In this document: positions 21,501-36,500 of the stretch, one piece after another
How positions within the stretch are numbered: the stretch's first letter is position 1
Layout: each line of letters opens with the position of its first letter
From: Thalia democratica
Lineage: Eukaryota
DNA length: 64,000 nt
Assembly: GCA_965202585.1 (NCBI GenBank)
Contig: OZ241828.1
Coordinates: forward strand, 87,358,001-87,422,000
Reading direction: 5' to 3'
Translations under genes and position numbers: made by a program
The notes under the pieces: generated by a model
The model's input: only the letters and a program-made list of their open reading frames with translations
Told to the model about the DNA's origin: nothing
The model's database searches: none

Positions 21501-24500
21501 TGCTGTACAGCTTTAATGGAATTTGTCGAATTTTCGAAAACCAAACGACTTACGTTGTCAACACAAGCAAGTTAAAATATGCAAATTTTTGCAACATAAA
21601 ATTGAATAATTTTGTGCAAAAACCTATGGCACAGAATTTTTGCAATAAAAAGTAAAATAACTGTAAAAAAACTTCATACTGTTATTTCTACATGACTTTT
21701 ATCATTTGCTAATATACTTTTACACAAAATTTAGTGAAAGAATTGTGAAAAACAAGCAAAAACTAAGAAAACTGTTGAAAAATCACATGTGGCCTAACAA
21801 AGTGGAAAATTGAACATAAAGTGATCATTATAACAAATTGTGTTCACTTAAATGCACTAAAAATACTCAGCTATTGCTTACATTGCCATTGCACTGCTTT
21901 CTATAAACTGTTTGGGTTGCCTTTGAAAACTGATAAAATCATGCACTCATGCTTTTCTGCCCTTTTTGTCAAATGGCCCAAAAAACCACGGTCTTTTTTA
22001 TTGAATTTTGTTTGAAACTGTTCTATCAACAAGCTATAATCGGTATACGTGTTTTGAACTACACCAATCTTTTATGTTTGTATATAACTATAGATTGTTA
22101 TGGTTCATACCTGTTATTTTTTATAATATTCAAAACTTATTATACTTTTATGATAAACATGTTTTGAATTGACTGTGTAGCTAAATAAATTTAATCATTT
22201 TAAGCAATTTGTTGTCATTTAAATTTTGTGTTCAGAGTTGGAATTGAACAGCCTGGCAGAGAAATTGAAGGGCACAGATTTAGGAGATTTTGTTCTGGTT
22301 GTTTGAACTTTTAACTTAATTTTGAACTAAAAGTAGACCCAAAATGTGTAGCTTTAAAAACCTGAAAGATATTTGAAAAACCTGGAAAAATTTTTGAAAA
22401 GATGAGTTGCATTCTTGCAAGTAGTACAGGGGGCAAAGCAACATGAACTACACAAATCTTTTATATTGATCACATACATAATTTTAATTTTTTAATCTGA
22501 AGTATATATATTTGCTTATGTTGGATATATATAATTTCACAATTATAAACTGCACTAAAACCTGACATATAAGTTTTTAATTTATACTAGTATATACCTC
22601 TTCAATTAACTTTTAACACAATATTATTATGTAGAAAGATTGTTTAAGCACAAGAAAGATATTTTACATAAATTAAACAAAATACTATAATATAAATAAA
22701 TATTTTTTCAGGGAATATTGGGCTTCGAAATTTCCGTAATTTTCCAGGGAATATTGGAAATCGGTTTCTCCTCATTGTCCGTTTTTTTATAAGGATGAAG
22801 AGGAATGGAGGGAAGCGCACTTGTTTAAAATTTTACCGATTTAATGAAGTTTTGCTTCGTGAAATGTTTCGTTTTTTATGTCAGCATATGTTTACACGTA
22901 GATTCAAGATAATATGGTATTTAGTGTTGTTTTCAGTATTTATTACAATTTAGAACATAAAAAAATTATGAAATACCATTTTCAATGCTGGTTGTGTTTA
23001 CAATCTTAAATATGTGGTCTTCAAGTAGCTAAAATTGATTTTCACTTACTAGTAGGTTACTATAGTTACAAATGTTGTTCTTACTGTAAATTAACTACAT
23101 TTAAACAGTAATACGGTTTTGCTGTACAGCTTTAATGGAATTTGTCGAATTTTCGAAAACCAAACGACTTACGTTGTCAACACAAGCAAGTTAAAATATG
23201 CAAATTTTTGCAACATAAAATTGAATAATTTTGTGCAAAAACCTATGGCACAGAATTTTTGCAATAAAAAGTAAAATAACTGTAAAAAAACTTCATACTG
23301 TTATTTCTACATGACTTTTATCATTTGCTAATATACTTTTACACAAAATTTAGTGAAAGAATTGTGAAAAACAAGCAAAAACTAAGAAAACTGTTGAAAA
23401 ATCACATGTGGCCTAACAAAGTGGAAAATTGAACATAAAGTGATCATTATAACAAATTGTGTTCACTTAAATGCACTAAAAATACTCAGCTATTGCTTAC
23501 ATTGCCATTGCACTGCTTTCTATAAACTGTTTGGGTTGCCTTTGAAAACTGATAAAATCATGCACTCATGCTTTTCTGCCCTTTTTGTCAAATGGCCCAA
23601 AAAACCACGGTCTTTTTTATTGAATTTTGTTTGAAACTGTTCTATCAACAAGCTATAATCGGTATACGTGTTTTGAACTACACCAATCTTTTATGTTTGT
23701 ATATAACTATAGATTGTTATGGTTCATACCTGTTATTTTTTATAATATTCAAAACTTATTATACTTTTATGATAAACATGTTTTGAATTGACTGTGTAGC
23801 TAAATAAATTTAATCATTTTAAGCAATTTGTTGTCATTTAAATTTTGTGTTCAGAGTTGGAATTGAACAGCCTGGCAGAGAAATTGAAGGGCACAGATTT
23901 AGGAGATTTTGTTCTGGTTGTTTGAACTTTTAACTTAATTTTGAACTAAAAGTAGACCCAAAATGTGTAGCTTTAAAAACCTGAAAGATATTTGAAAAAC
24001 CTGGAAAAATTTTTGAAAAGATGAGTTGCATTCTTGCAAGTAGTACAGGGGGCAAAGCAACATGAACTACACAAATCTTTTATATTGATCACATACATAA
24101 TTTTAATTTTTTAATCTGAAGTATATATATTTGCTTATGTTGGATATATATAATTTCACAATTATAAACTGCACTAAAACCTGACATATAAGTTTTTAAT
24201 TTATACTAGTATATACCTCTTCAATTAACTTTTAACACAATATTATTATGTAGAAAGATTGTTTAAGCACAAGAAAGATATTTTACATAAATTAAACAAA
24301 ATACTATAATATAAATAAATATTTTTTCAGGGAATATTGGGCTTCGAAATTTCCGTAATTTTCCAGGGAATATTGGAAATCGGTTTCTCCTCATTGTCCG
24401 TTTTTTTATAAGGATGAAGAGGAATGGAGGGAAGCGCACTTGTTTAAAATTTTACCGATTTAATGAAGTTTTGCTTCGTGAAATGTTTCGTTTTTTATGT

Positions 24501-27500
24501 CAGCATATGTTTACACGTAGATTCAAGATAATATGGTATTTAGTGTTGTTTTCAGTATTTATTACAATTTAGAACATAAAAAAATTATGAAATACCATTT
24601 TCAATGCTGGTTGTGTTTACAATCTTAAATATGTGGTCTTCAAGTAGCTAAAATTGATTTTCACTTACTAGTAGGTTACTATAGTTACAAATGTTGTTCT
24701 TACTGTAAATTAACTACATTTAAACAGTAATACGGTTTTGCTGTACAGCTTTAATGGAATTTGTCGAATTTTCGAAAACCAAACGACTTACGTTGTCAAC
24801 ACAAGCAAGTTAAAATATGCAAATTTTTGCAACATAAAATTGAATAATTTTGTGCAAAAACCTATGGCACAGAATTTTTGCAATAAAAAGTAAAATAACT
24901 GTAAAAAAACTTCATACTGTTATTTCTACATGACTTTTATCATTTGCTAATATACTTTTACACAAAATTTAGTGAAAGAATTGTGAAAAACAAGCAAAAA
25001 CTAAGAAAACTGTTGAAAAATCACATGTGGCCTAACAAAGTGGAAAATTGAACATAAAGTGATCATTATAACAAATTGTGTTCACTTAAATGCACTAAAA
25101 ATACTCAGCTATTGCTTACATTGCCATTGCACTGCTTTCTATAAACTGTTTGGGTTGCCTTTGAAAACTGATAAAATCATGCACTCATGCTTTTCTGCCC
25201 TTTTTGTCAAATGGCCCAAAAAACCACGGTCTTTTTTATTGAATTTTGTTTGAAACTGTTCTATCAACAAGCTATAATCGGTATACGTGTTTTGAACTAC
25301 ACCAATCTTTTATGTTTGTATATAACTATAGATTGTTATGGTTCATACCTGTTATTTTTTATAATATTCAAAACTTATTATACTTTTATGATAAACATGT
25401 TTTGAATTGACTGTGTAGCTAAATAAATTTAATCATTTTAAGCAATTTGTTGTCATTTAAATTTTGTGTTCAGAGTTGGAATTGAACAGCCTGGCAGAGA
25501 AATTGAAGGGCACAGATTTAGGAGATTTTGTTCTGGTTGTTTGAACTTTTAACTTAATTTTGAACTAAAAGTAGACCCAAAATGTGTAGCTTTAAAAACC
25601 TGAAAGATATTTGAAAAACCTGGAAAAATTTTTGAAAAGATGAGTTGCATTCTTGCAAGTAGTACAGGGGGCAAAGCAACATGAACTACACAAATCTTTT
25701 ATATTGATCACATACATAATTTTAATTTTTTAATCTGAAGTATATATATTTGCTTATGTTGGATATATATAATTTCACAATTATAAACTGCACTAAAACC
25801 TGACATATAAGTTTTTAATTTATACTAGTATATACCTCTTCAATTAACTTTTAACACAATATTATTATGTAGAAAGATTGTTTAAGCACAAGAAAGATAT
25901 TTTACATAAATTAAACAAAATACTATAATATAAATAAATATTTTTTCAGGGAATATTGGGCTTCGAAATTTCCGTAATTTTCCAGGGAATATTGGAAATC
26001 GGTTTCTCCTCATTGTCCGTTTTTTTATAAGGATGAAGAGGAATGGAGGGAAGCGCACTTGTTTAAAATTTTACCGATTTAATGAAGTTTTGCTTCGTGA
26101 AATGTTTCGTTTTTTATGTCAGCATATGTTTACACGTAGATTCAAGATAATATGGTATTTAGTGTTGTTTTCAGTATTTATTACAATTTAGAACATAAAA
26201 AAATTATGAAATACCATTTTCAATGCTGGTTGTGTTTACAATCTTAAATATGTGGTCTTCAAGTAGCTAAAATTGATTTTCACTTACTAGTAGGTTACTA
26301 TAGTTACAAATGTTGTTCTTACTGTAAATTAACTACATTTAAACAGTAATACGGTTTTGCTGTACAGCTTTAATGGAATTTGTCGAATTTTCGAAAACCA
26401 AACGACTTACGTTGTCAACACAAGCAAGTTAAAATATGCAAATTTTTGCAACATAAAATTGAATAATTTTGTGCAAAAACCTATGGCACAGAATTTTTGC
26501 AATAAAAAGTAAAATAACTGTAAAAAAACTTCATACTGTTATTTCTACATGACTTTTATCATTTGCTAATATACTTTTACACAAAATTTAGTGAAAGAAT
26601 TGTGAAAAACAAGCAAAAACTAAGAAAACTGTTGAAAAATCACATGTGGCCTAACAAAGTGGAAAATTGAACATAAAGTGATCATTATAACAAATTGTGT
26701 TCACTTAAATGCACTAAAAATACTCAGCTATTGCTTACATTGCCATTGCACTGCTTTCTATAAACTGTTTGGGTTGCCTTTGAAAACTGATAAAATCATG
26801 CACTCATGCTTTTCTGCCCTTTTTGTCAAATGGCCCAAAAAACCACGGTCTTTTTTATTGAATTTTGTTTGAAACTGTTCTATCAACAAGCTATAATCGG
26901 TATACGTGTTTTGAACTACACCAATCTTTTATGTTTGTATATAACTATAGATTGTTATGGTTCATACCTGTTATTTTTTATAATATTCAAAACTTATTAT
27001 ACTTTTATGATAAACATGTTTTGAATTGACTGTGTAGCTAAATAAATTTAATCATTTTAAGCAATTTGTTGTCATTTAAATTTTGTGTTCAGAGTTGGAA
27101 TTGAACAGCCTGGCAGAGAAATTGAAGGGCACAGATTTAGGAGATTTTGTTCTGGTTGTTTGAACTTTTAACTTAATTTTGAACTAAAAGTAGACCCAAA
27201 ATGTGTAGCTTTAAAAACCTGAAAGATATTTGAAAAACCTGGAAAAATTTTTGAAAAGATGAGTTGCATTCTTGCAAGTAGTACAGGGGGCAAAGCAACA
27301 TGAACTACACAAATCTTTTATATTGATCACATACATAATTTTAATTTTTTAATCTGAAGTATATATATTTGCTTATGTTGGATATATATAATTTCACAAT
27401 TATAAACTGCACTAAAACCTGACATATAAGTTTTTAATTTATACTAGTATATACCTCTTCAATTAACTTTTAACACAATATTATTATGTAGAAAGATTGT

Positions 27501-30500
27501 TTAAGCACAAGAAAGATATTTTACATAAATTAAACAAAATACTATAATATAAATAAATATTTTTTCAGGGAATATTGGGCTTCGAAATTTCCGTAATTTT
27601 CCAGGGAATATTGGAAATCGGTTTCTCCTCATTGTCCGTTTTTTTATAAGGATGAAGAGGAATGGAGGGAAGCGCACTTGTTTAAAATTTTACCGATTTA
27701 ATGAAGTTTTGCTTCGTGAAATGTTTCGTTTTTTATGTCAGCATATGTTTACACGTAGATTCAAGATAATATGGTATTTAGTGTTGTTTTCAGTATTTAT
27801 TACAATTTAGAACATAAAAAAATTATGAAATACCATTTTTAATACTGGTTGTGTTTACAATCTTAAATATGTGGTCTTCAAGTAGCTAAAATTGATTTTC
27901 ACTTACTAGTAGGTTACTATAGTTACAAATGTTGTTCTTACTGTAAATTAACTACATTTAAACAGTAATACGGTTTTGCTGTACAGCTTTAATGGAATTT
28001 GTCGAATTTTCGAAAACCAAACGACTTACGTTGTCAACACAAGCAAGTTAAAATATGCAAATTTTTGCAACATAAAATTGAATAATTTTGTGCAAAAACC
28101 TATGGCACAGAATTTTTGCAATAAAAAGTAAAATAACTGTAAAAAAACTTCATACTGTTATTTCTACATGACTTTTATCATTTGCTAATATACTTTTACA
28201 CAAAATTTAGTGAAAGAATTGTGAAAAACAAGCAAAAACTAAGAAAACTGTTGAAAAATCACATGTGGCCTAACAAAGTGGAAAATTGAACATAAAGTGA
28301 TCATTATAACAAATTGTGTTCACTTAAATGCACTAAAAATACTCAGCTATTGCTTACATTGCCATTGCACTGCTTTCTATAAACTGTTTGGGTTGCCTTT
28401 GAAAACTGATAAAATCACGCACTCATGCTTTTCTGCCCTTTTTGTCAAATGGCCCAAAAAACCACGGTCTTTTTTATTGAATTTTGTTTGAAACTGTTCT
28501 ATCAACAAGCTATAATCGGTATACGTGTTTTGAACTACACCAATCTTTTATGTTTGTATATAACTATAGATTGTTATGGTTCATACCTGTTATTTTTTAT
28601 AATATTCAAAACTTATTATACTTTTATGATAAACATGTTTTGAATTGACTGTGTAGCTAAATAAATTTAATCATTTTAAGCAATTTGTTGTCATTTAAAT
28701 TTTGTGTTCAGAGTTGGAATTGAACAGCCTGGCAGAGAAATTGAAGGGCACAGATTTAGGAGATTTTGTTCTGGTTGTTTGAACTTTTAACTTAATTTTG
28801 AACTAAAAGTAGACCCAAAATGTGTAGCTTTAAAAACCTGAAAGATATTTGAAAAACCTGGAAAAATTTTTGAAAAGATGAGTTGCATTCTTGCAAGTAG
28901 TACAGGGGGCAAAGCAACATGAACTACACAAATCTTTTATATTGATCACATACATAATTTTAATTTTTTAATCTGAAGTATATATATTTGCTTATGTTGG
29001 ATATATATAATTTCACAATTATAAACTGCACTAAAACCTGACATATAAGTTTTTAATTTATACTAGTATATACCTCTTCAATTAACTTTTAACACAATAT
29101 TATTATGTAGAAAGATTGTTTAAGCACAAGAAAGATATTTTACATAAATTAAACAAAATACTATAATATAAATAAATATTTTTTCAGGGAATATTGGGCT
29201 TCGAAATTTCCGTAATTTTCCAGGGAATATTGGAAATCGGTTTCTCCTCATTGTCCGTTTTTTTATAAGGATGAAGAGGAATGGAGGGAAGCGCACTTGT
29301 TTAAAATTTTACCGATTTAATGAAGTTTTGCTTCGTGAAATGTTTCGTTTTTTATGTCAGCATATGTTTACACGTAGATTCAAGATAATATGGTATTTAG
29401 TGTTGTTTTCAGTATTTATTACAATTTAGAACATAAAAAAATTATGAAATACCATTTTCAATGCTGGTTGTGTTTACAATCTTAAATATGTGGTCTTCAA
29501 GTAGCTAAAATTGATTTTCACTTACTAGTAGGTTACTATAGTTACAAATGTTGTTCTTACTGTAAATTAACTACATTTAAACAGTAATACGGTTTTGCTG
29601 TACAGCTTTAATGGAATTTGTCGAATTTTCGAAAACCAAACGACTTACGTTGTCAACACAAGCAAGTTAAAATATGCAAATTTTTGCAACATAAAATTGA
29701 ATAATTTTGTGCAAAAACCTATGGCACAGAATTTTTGCAATAAAAAGTAAAATAACTGTAAAAAAACTTCATACTGTTATTTCTACATGACTTTTATCAT
29801 TTGCTAATATACTTTTACACAAAATTTAGTGAAAGAATTGTGAAAAACAAGCAAAAACTAAGAAAACTGTTGAAAAATCACATGTGGCCTAACAAAGTGG
29901 AAAATTGAACATAAAGTGATCATTATAACAAATTGTGTTCACTTAAATGCACTAAAAATACTCAGCTATTGCTTACATTGCCATTGCACTGCTTTCTATA
30001 AACTGTTTGGGTTGCCTTTGAAAACTGATAAAATCATGCACTCATGCTTTTCTGCCCTTTTTGTCAAATGGCCCAAAAAACCACGGTCTTTTTTATTGAA
30101 TTTTGTTTGAAACTGTTCTATCAACAAGCTATAATCGGTATACGTGTTTTGAACTACACCAATCTTTTATGTTTGTATATAACTATAGATTGTTATGGTT
30201 CATACCTGTTATTTTTTATAATATTCAAAACTTATTATACTTTTATGATAAACATGTTTTGAATTGACTGTGTAGCTAAATAAATTTAATCATTTTAAGC
30301 AATTTGTTGTCATTTAAATTTTGTGTTCAGAGTTGGAATTGAACAGCCTGGCAGAGAAATTGAAGGGCACAGATTTAGGAGATTTTGTTCTGGTTGTTTG
30401 AACTTTTAACTTAATTTTGAACTAAAAGTAGACCCAAAATGTGTAGCTTTAAAAACCTGAAAGATATTTGAAAAACCTGGAAAAATTTTTGAAAAGATGA

Positions 30501-33500
30501 GTTGCATTCTTGCAAGTAGTACAGGGGGCAAAGCAACATGAACTACACAAATCTTTTATATTGATCACATACATAATTTTAATTTTTTAATCTGAAGTAT
30601 ATATATTTGCTTATGTTGGATATATATAATTTCACAATTATAAACTGCACTAAAACCTGACATATAAGTTTTTAATTTATACTAGTATATACCTCTTCAA
30701 TTAACTTTTAACACAATATTATTATGTAGAAAGATTGTTTAAGCACAAGAAAGATATTTTACATAAATTAAACAAAATACTATAATATAAATAAATATTT
30801 TTTCAGGGAATATTGGGCTTCGAAATTTCCGTAATTTTCCAGGGAATATTGGAAATCGGTTTCTCCTCATTGTCCGTTTTTTTATAAGGATGAAGAGGAA
30901 TGGAGGGAAGCGCACTTGTTTAAAATTTTACCGATTTAATGAAGTTTTGCTTCGTGAAATGTTTCGTTTTTTATGTCAGCATATGTTTACACGTAGATTC
31001 AAGATAATATGGTATTTAGTGTTGTTTTCAGTATTTATTACAATTTAGAACATAAAAAAATTATGAAATACCATTTTCAATGCTGGTTGTGTTTACAATC
31101 TTAAATATGTGGTCTTCAAGTAGCTAAAATTGATTTTCACTTACTAGTAGGTTACTATAGTTACAAATGTTGTTCTTACTGTAAATTAACTACATTTAAA
31201 CAGTAATACGGTTTTGCTGTACAGCTTTAATGGAATTTGTCGAATTTTCGAAAACCAAACGACTTACGTTGTCAACACAAGCAAGTTAAAATATGCAAAT
31301 TTTTGCAACATAAAATTGAATAATTTTGTGCAAAAACCTATGGCACAGAATTTTTGCAATAAAAAGTAAAATAACTGTAAAAAAACTTCATACTGTTATT
31401 TCTACATGACTTTTATCATTTGCTAATATACTTTTACACAAAATTTAGTGAAAGAATTGTGAAAAACAAGCAAAAACTAAGAAAACTGTTGAAAAATCAC
31501 ATGTGGCCTAACAAAGTGGAAAATTGAACATAAAGTGATCATTATAACAAATTGTGTTCACTTAAATGCACTAAAAATACTCAGCTATTGCTTACATTGC
31601 CATTGCACTGCTTTCTATAAACTGTTTGGGTTGCCTTTGAAAACTGATAAAATCATGCACTCATGCTTTTCTGCCCTTTTTGTCAAATGGCCCAAAAAAC
31701 CACGGTCTTTTTTATTGAATTTTGTTTGAAACTGTTCTATCAACAAGCTATAATCGGTATACGTGTTTTGAACTACACCAATCTTTTATGTTTGTATATA
31801 ACTATAGATTGTTATGGTTCATACCTGTTATTTTTTATAATATTCAAAACTTATTATACTTTTATGATAAACATGTTTTGAATTGACTGTGTAGCTAAAT
31901 AAATTTAATCATTTTAAGCAATTTGTTGTCATTTAAATTTTGTGTTCAGAGTTGGAATTGAACAGCCTGGCAGAGAAATTGAAGGGCACAGATTTAGGAG
32001 ATTTTGTTCTGGTTGTTTGAACTTTTAACTTAATTTTGAACTAAAAGTAGACCCAAAATGTGTAGCTTTAAAAACCTGAAAGATATTTGAAAAACCTGGA
32101 AAAATTTTTGAAAAGATGAGTTGCATTCTTGCAAGTAGTACAGGGGGCAAAGCAACATGAACTACACAAATCTTTTATATTGATCACATACATAATTTTA
32201 ATTTTTTAATCTGAAGTATATATATTTGCTTATGTTGGATATATATAATTTCACAATTATAAACTGCACTAAAACCTGACATATAAGTTTTTAATTTATA
32301 CTAGTATATACCTCTTCAATTAACTTTTAACACAATATTATTATGTAGAAAGATTGTTTAAGCACAAGAAAGATATTTTACATAAATTAAACAAAATACT
32401 ATAATATAAATAAATATTTTTTCAGGGAATATTGGGCTTCGAAATTTCCGTAATTTTCCAGGGAATATTGGAAATCGGTTTCTCCTCATTGTCCGTTTTT
32501 TTATAAGGATGAAGAGGAATGGAGGGAAGCGCACTTGTTTAAAATTTTACCGATTTAATGAAGTTTTGCTTCGTGAAATGTTTCGTTTTTTATGTCAGCA
32601 TATGTTTACACGTAGATTCAAGATAATATGGTATTTAGTGTTGTTTTCAGTATTTATTACAATTTAGAACATAAAAAAATTATGAAATACCATTTTTAAT
32701 ACTGGTTGTGTTTACAATCTTAAATATGTGGTCTTCAAGTAGCTAAAATTGATTTTCACTTACTAGTAGGTTACTATAGTTACAAATGTTGTTCTTACTG
32801 TAAATTAACTACATTTAAACAGTAATACGGTTTTGCTGTACAGCTTTAATGGAATTTGTCGAATTTTCGAAAACCAAACGACTTACGTTGTCAACACAAG
32901 CAAGTTAAAATATGCAAATTTTTGCAACATAAAATTGAATAATTTTGTGCAAAAACCTATGGCACAGAATTTTTGCAATAAAAAGTAAAATAACTGTAAA
33001 AAAACTTCATACTGTTATTTCTACATGACTTTTATCATTTGCTAATATACTTTTACACAAAATTTAGTGAAAGAATTGTGAAAAACAAGCAAAAACTAAG
33101 AAAACTGTTGAAAAATCACATGTGGCCTAACAAAGTGGAAAATTGAACATAAAGTGATCATTATAACAAATTGTGTTCACTTAAATGCACTAAAAATACT
33201 CAGCTATTGCTTACATTGCCATTGCACTGCTTTCTATAAACTGTTTGGGTTGCCTTTGAAAACTGATAAAATCACGCACTCATGCTTTTCTGCCCTTTTT
33301 GTCAAATGGCCCAAAAAACCACGGTCTTTTTTATTGAATTTTGTTTGAAACTGTTCTATCAACAAGCTATAATCGGTATACGTGTTTTGAACTACACCAA
33401 TCTTTTATGTTTGTATATAACTATAGATTGTTATGGTTCATACCTGTTATTTTTTATAATATTCAAAACTTATTATACTTTTATGATAAACATGTTTTGA

Positions 33501-36500
33501 ATTGACTGTGTAGCTAAATAAATTTAATCATTTTAAGCAATTTGTTGTCATTTAAATTTTGTGTTCAGAGTTGGAATTGAACAGCCTGGCAGAGAAATTG
33601 AAGGGCACAGATTTAGGAGATTTTGTTCTGGTTGTTTGAACTTTTAACTTAATTTTGAACTAAAAGTAGACCCAAAATGTGTAGCTTTAAAAACCTGAAA
33701 GATATTTGAAAAACCTGGAAAAATTTTTGAAAAGATGAGTTGCATTCTTGCAAGTAGTACAGGGGGCAAAGCAACATGAACTACACAAATCTTTTATATT
33801 GATCACATACATAATTTTAATTTTTTAATCTGAAGTATATATATTTGCTTATGTTGGATATATATAATTTCACAATTATAAACTGCACTAAAACCTGACA
33901 TATAAGTTTTTAATTTATACTAGTATATACCTCTTCAATTAACTTTTAACACAATATTATTATGTAGAAAGATTGTTTAAGCACAAGAAAGATATTTTAC
34001 ATAAATTAAACAAAATACTATAATATAAATAAATATTTTTTCAGGGAATATTGGGCTTCGAAATTTCCGTAATTTTCCAGGGAATATTGGAAATCGGTTT
34101 CTCCTCATTGTCCGTTTTTTTATAAGGATGAAGAGGAATGGAGGGAAGCGCACTTGTTTAAAATTTTACCGATTTAATGAAGTTTTGCTTCGTGAAATGT
34201 TTCGTTTTTTATGTCAGCATATGTTTACACGTAGATTCAAGATAATATGGTATTTAGTGTTGTTTTCAGTATTTATTACAATTTAGAACATAAAAAAATT
34301 ATGAAATACCATTTTCAATGCTGGTTGTGTTTACAATCTTAAATATGTGGTCTTCAAGTAGCTAAAATTGATTTTCACTTACTAGTAGGTTACTATAGTT
34401 ACAAATGTTGTTCTTACTGTAAATTAACTACATTTAAACAGTAATACGGTTTTGCTGTACAGCTTTAATGGAATTTGTCGAATTTTCGAAAACCAAACGA
34501 CTTACGTTGTCAACACAAGCAAGTTAAAATATGCAAATTTTTGCAACATAAAATTGAATAATTTTGTGCAAAAACCTATGGCACAGAATTTTTGCAATAA
34601 AAAGTAAAATAACTGTAAAAAAACTTCATACTGTTATTTCTACATGACTTTTATCATTTGCTAATATACTTTTACACAAAATTTAGTGAAAGAATTGTGA
34701 AAAACAAGCAAAAACTAAGAAAACTGTTGAAAAATCACATGTGGCCTAACAAAGTGGAAAATTGAACATAAAGTGATCATTATAACAAATTGTGTTCACT
34801 TAAATGCACTAAAAATACTCAGCTATTGCTTACATTGCCATTGCACTGCTTTCTATAAACTGTTTGGGTTGCCTTTGAAAACTGATAAAATCACGCACTC
34901 ATGCTTTTCTGCCCTTTTTGTCAAATGGCCCAAAAAACCACGGTCTTTTTTATTGAATTTTGTTTGAAACTGTTCTATCAACAAGCTATAATCGGTATAC
35001 GTGTTTTGAACTACACCAATCTTTTATGTTTGTATATAACTATAGATTGTTATGGTTCATACCTGTTATTTTTTATAATATTCAAAACTTATTATACTTT
35101 TATGATAAACATGTTTTGAATTGACTGTGTAGCTAAATAAATTTAATCATTTTAAGCAATTTGTTGTCATTTAAATTTTGTGTTCAGAGTTGGAATTGAA
35201 CAGCCTGGCAGAGAAATTGAAGGGCACAGATTTAGGAGATTTTGTTCTGGTTGTTTGAACTTTTAACTTAATTTTGAACTAAAAGTAGACCCAAAATGTG
35301 TAGCTTTAAAAACCTGAAAGATATTTGAAAAACCTGGAAAAATTTTTGAAAAGATGAGTTGCATTCTTGCAAGTAGTACAGGGGGCAAAGCAACATGAAC
35401 TACACAAATCTTTTATATTGATCACATACATAATTTTAATTTTTTAATCTGAAGTATATATATTTGCTTATGTTGGATATATATAATTTCACAATTATAA
35501 ACTGCACTAAAACCTGACATATAAGTTTTTAATTTATACTAGTATATACCTCTTCAATTAACTTTTAACACAATATTATTATGTAGAAAGATTGTTTAAG
35601 CACAAGAAAGATATTTTACATAAATTAAACAAAATACTATAATATAAATAAATATTTTTTCAGGGAATATTGGGCTTCGAAATTTCCGTAATTTTCCAGG
35701 GAATATTGGAAATCGGTTTCTCCTCATTGTCCGTTTTTTTATAAGGATGAAGAGGAATGGAGGGAAGCGCACTTGTTTAAAATTTTACCGATTTAATGAA
35801 GTTTTGCTTCGTGAAATGTTTCGTTTTTTATGTCAGCATATGTTTACACGTAGATTCAAGATAATATGGTATTTAGTGTTGTTTTCAGTATTTATTACAA
35901 TTTAGAACATAAAAAAATTATGAAATACCATTTTCAATGCTGGTTGTGTTTACAATCTTAAATATGTGGTCTTCAAGTAGCTAAAATTGATTTTCACTTA
36001 CTAGTAGGTTACTATAGTTACAAATGTTGTTCTTACTGTAAATTAACTACATTTAAACAGTAATACGGTTTTGCTGTACAGCTTTAATGGAATTTGTCGA
36101 ATTTTCGAAAACCAAACGACTTACGTTGTCAACACAAGCAAGTTAAAATATGCAAATTTTTGCAACATAAAATTGAATAATTTTGTGCAAAAACCTATGG
36201 CACAGAATTTTTGCAATAAAAAGTAAAATAACTGTAAAAAAACTTCATACTGTTATTTCTACATGACTTTTATCATTTGCTAATATACTTTTACACAAAA
36301 TTTAGTGAAAGAATTGTGAAAAACAAGCAAAAACTAAGAAAACTGTTGAAAAATCACATGTGGCCTAACAAAGTGGAAAATTGAACATAAAGTGATCATT
36401 ATAACAAATTGTGTTCACTTAAATGCACTAAAAATACTCAGCTATTGCTTACATTGCCATTGCACTGCTTTCTATAAACTGTTTGGGTTGCCTTTGAAAA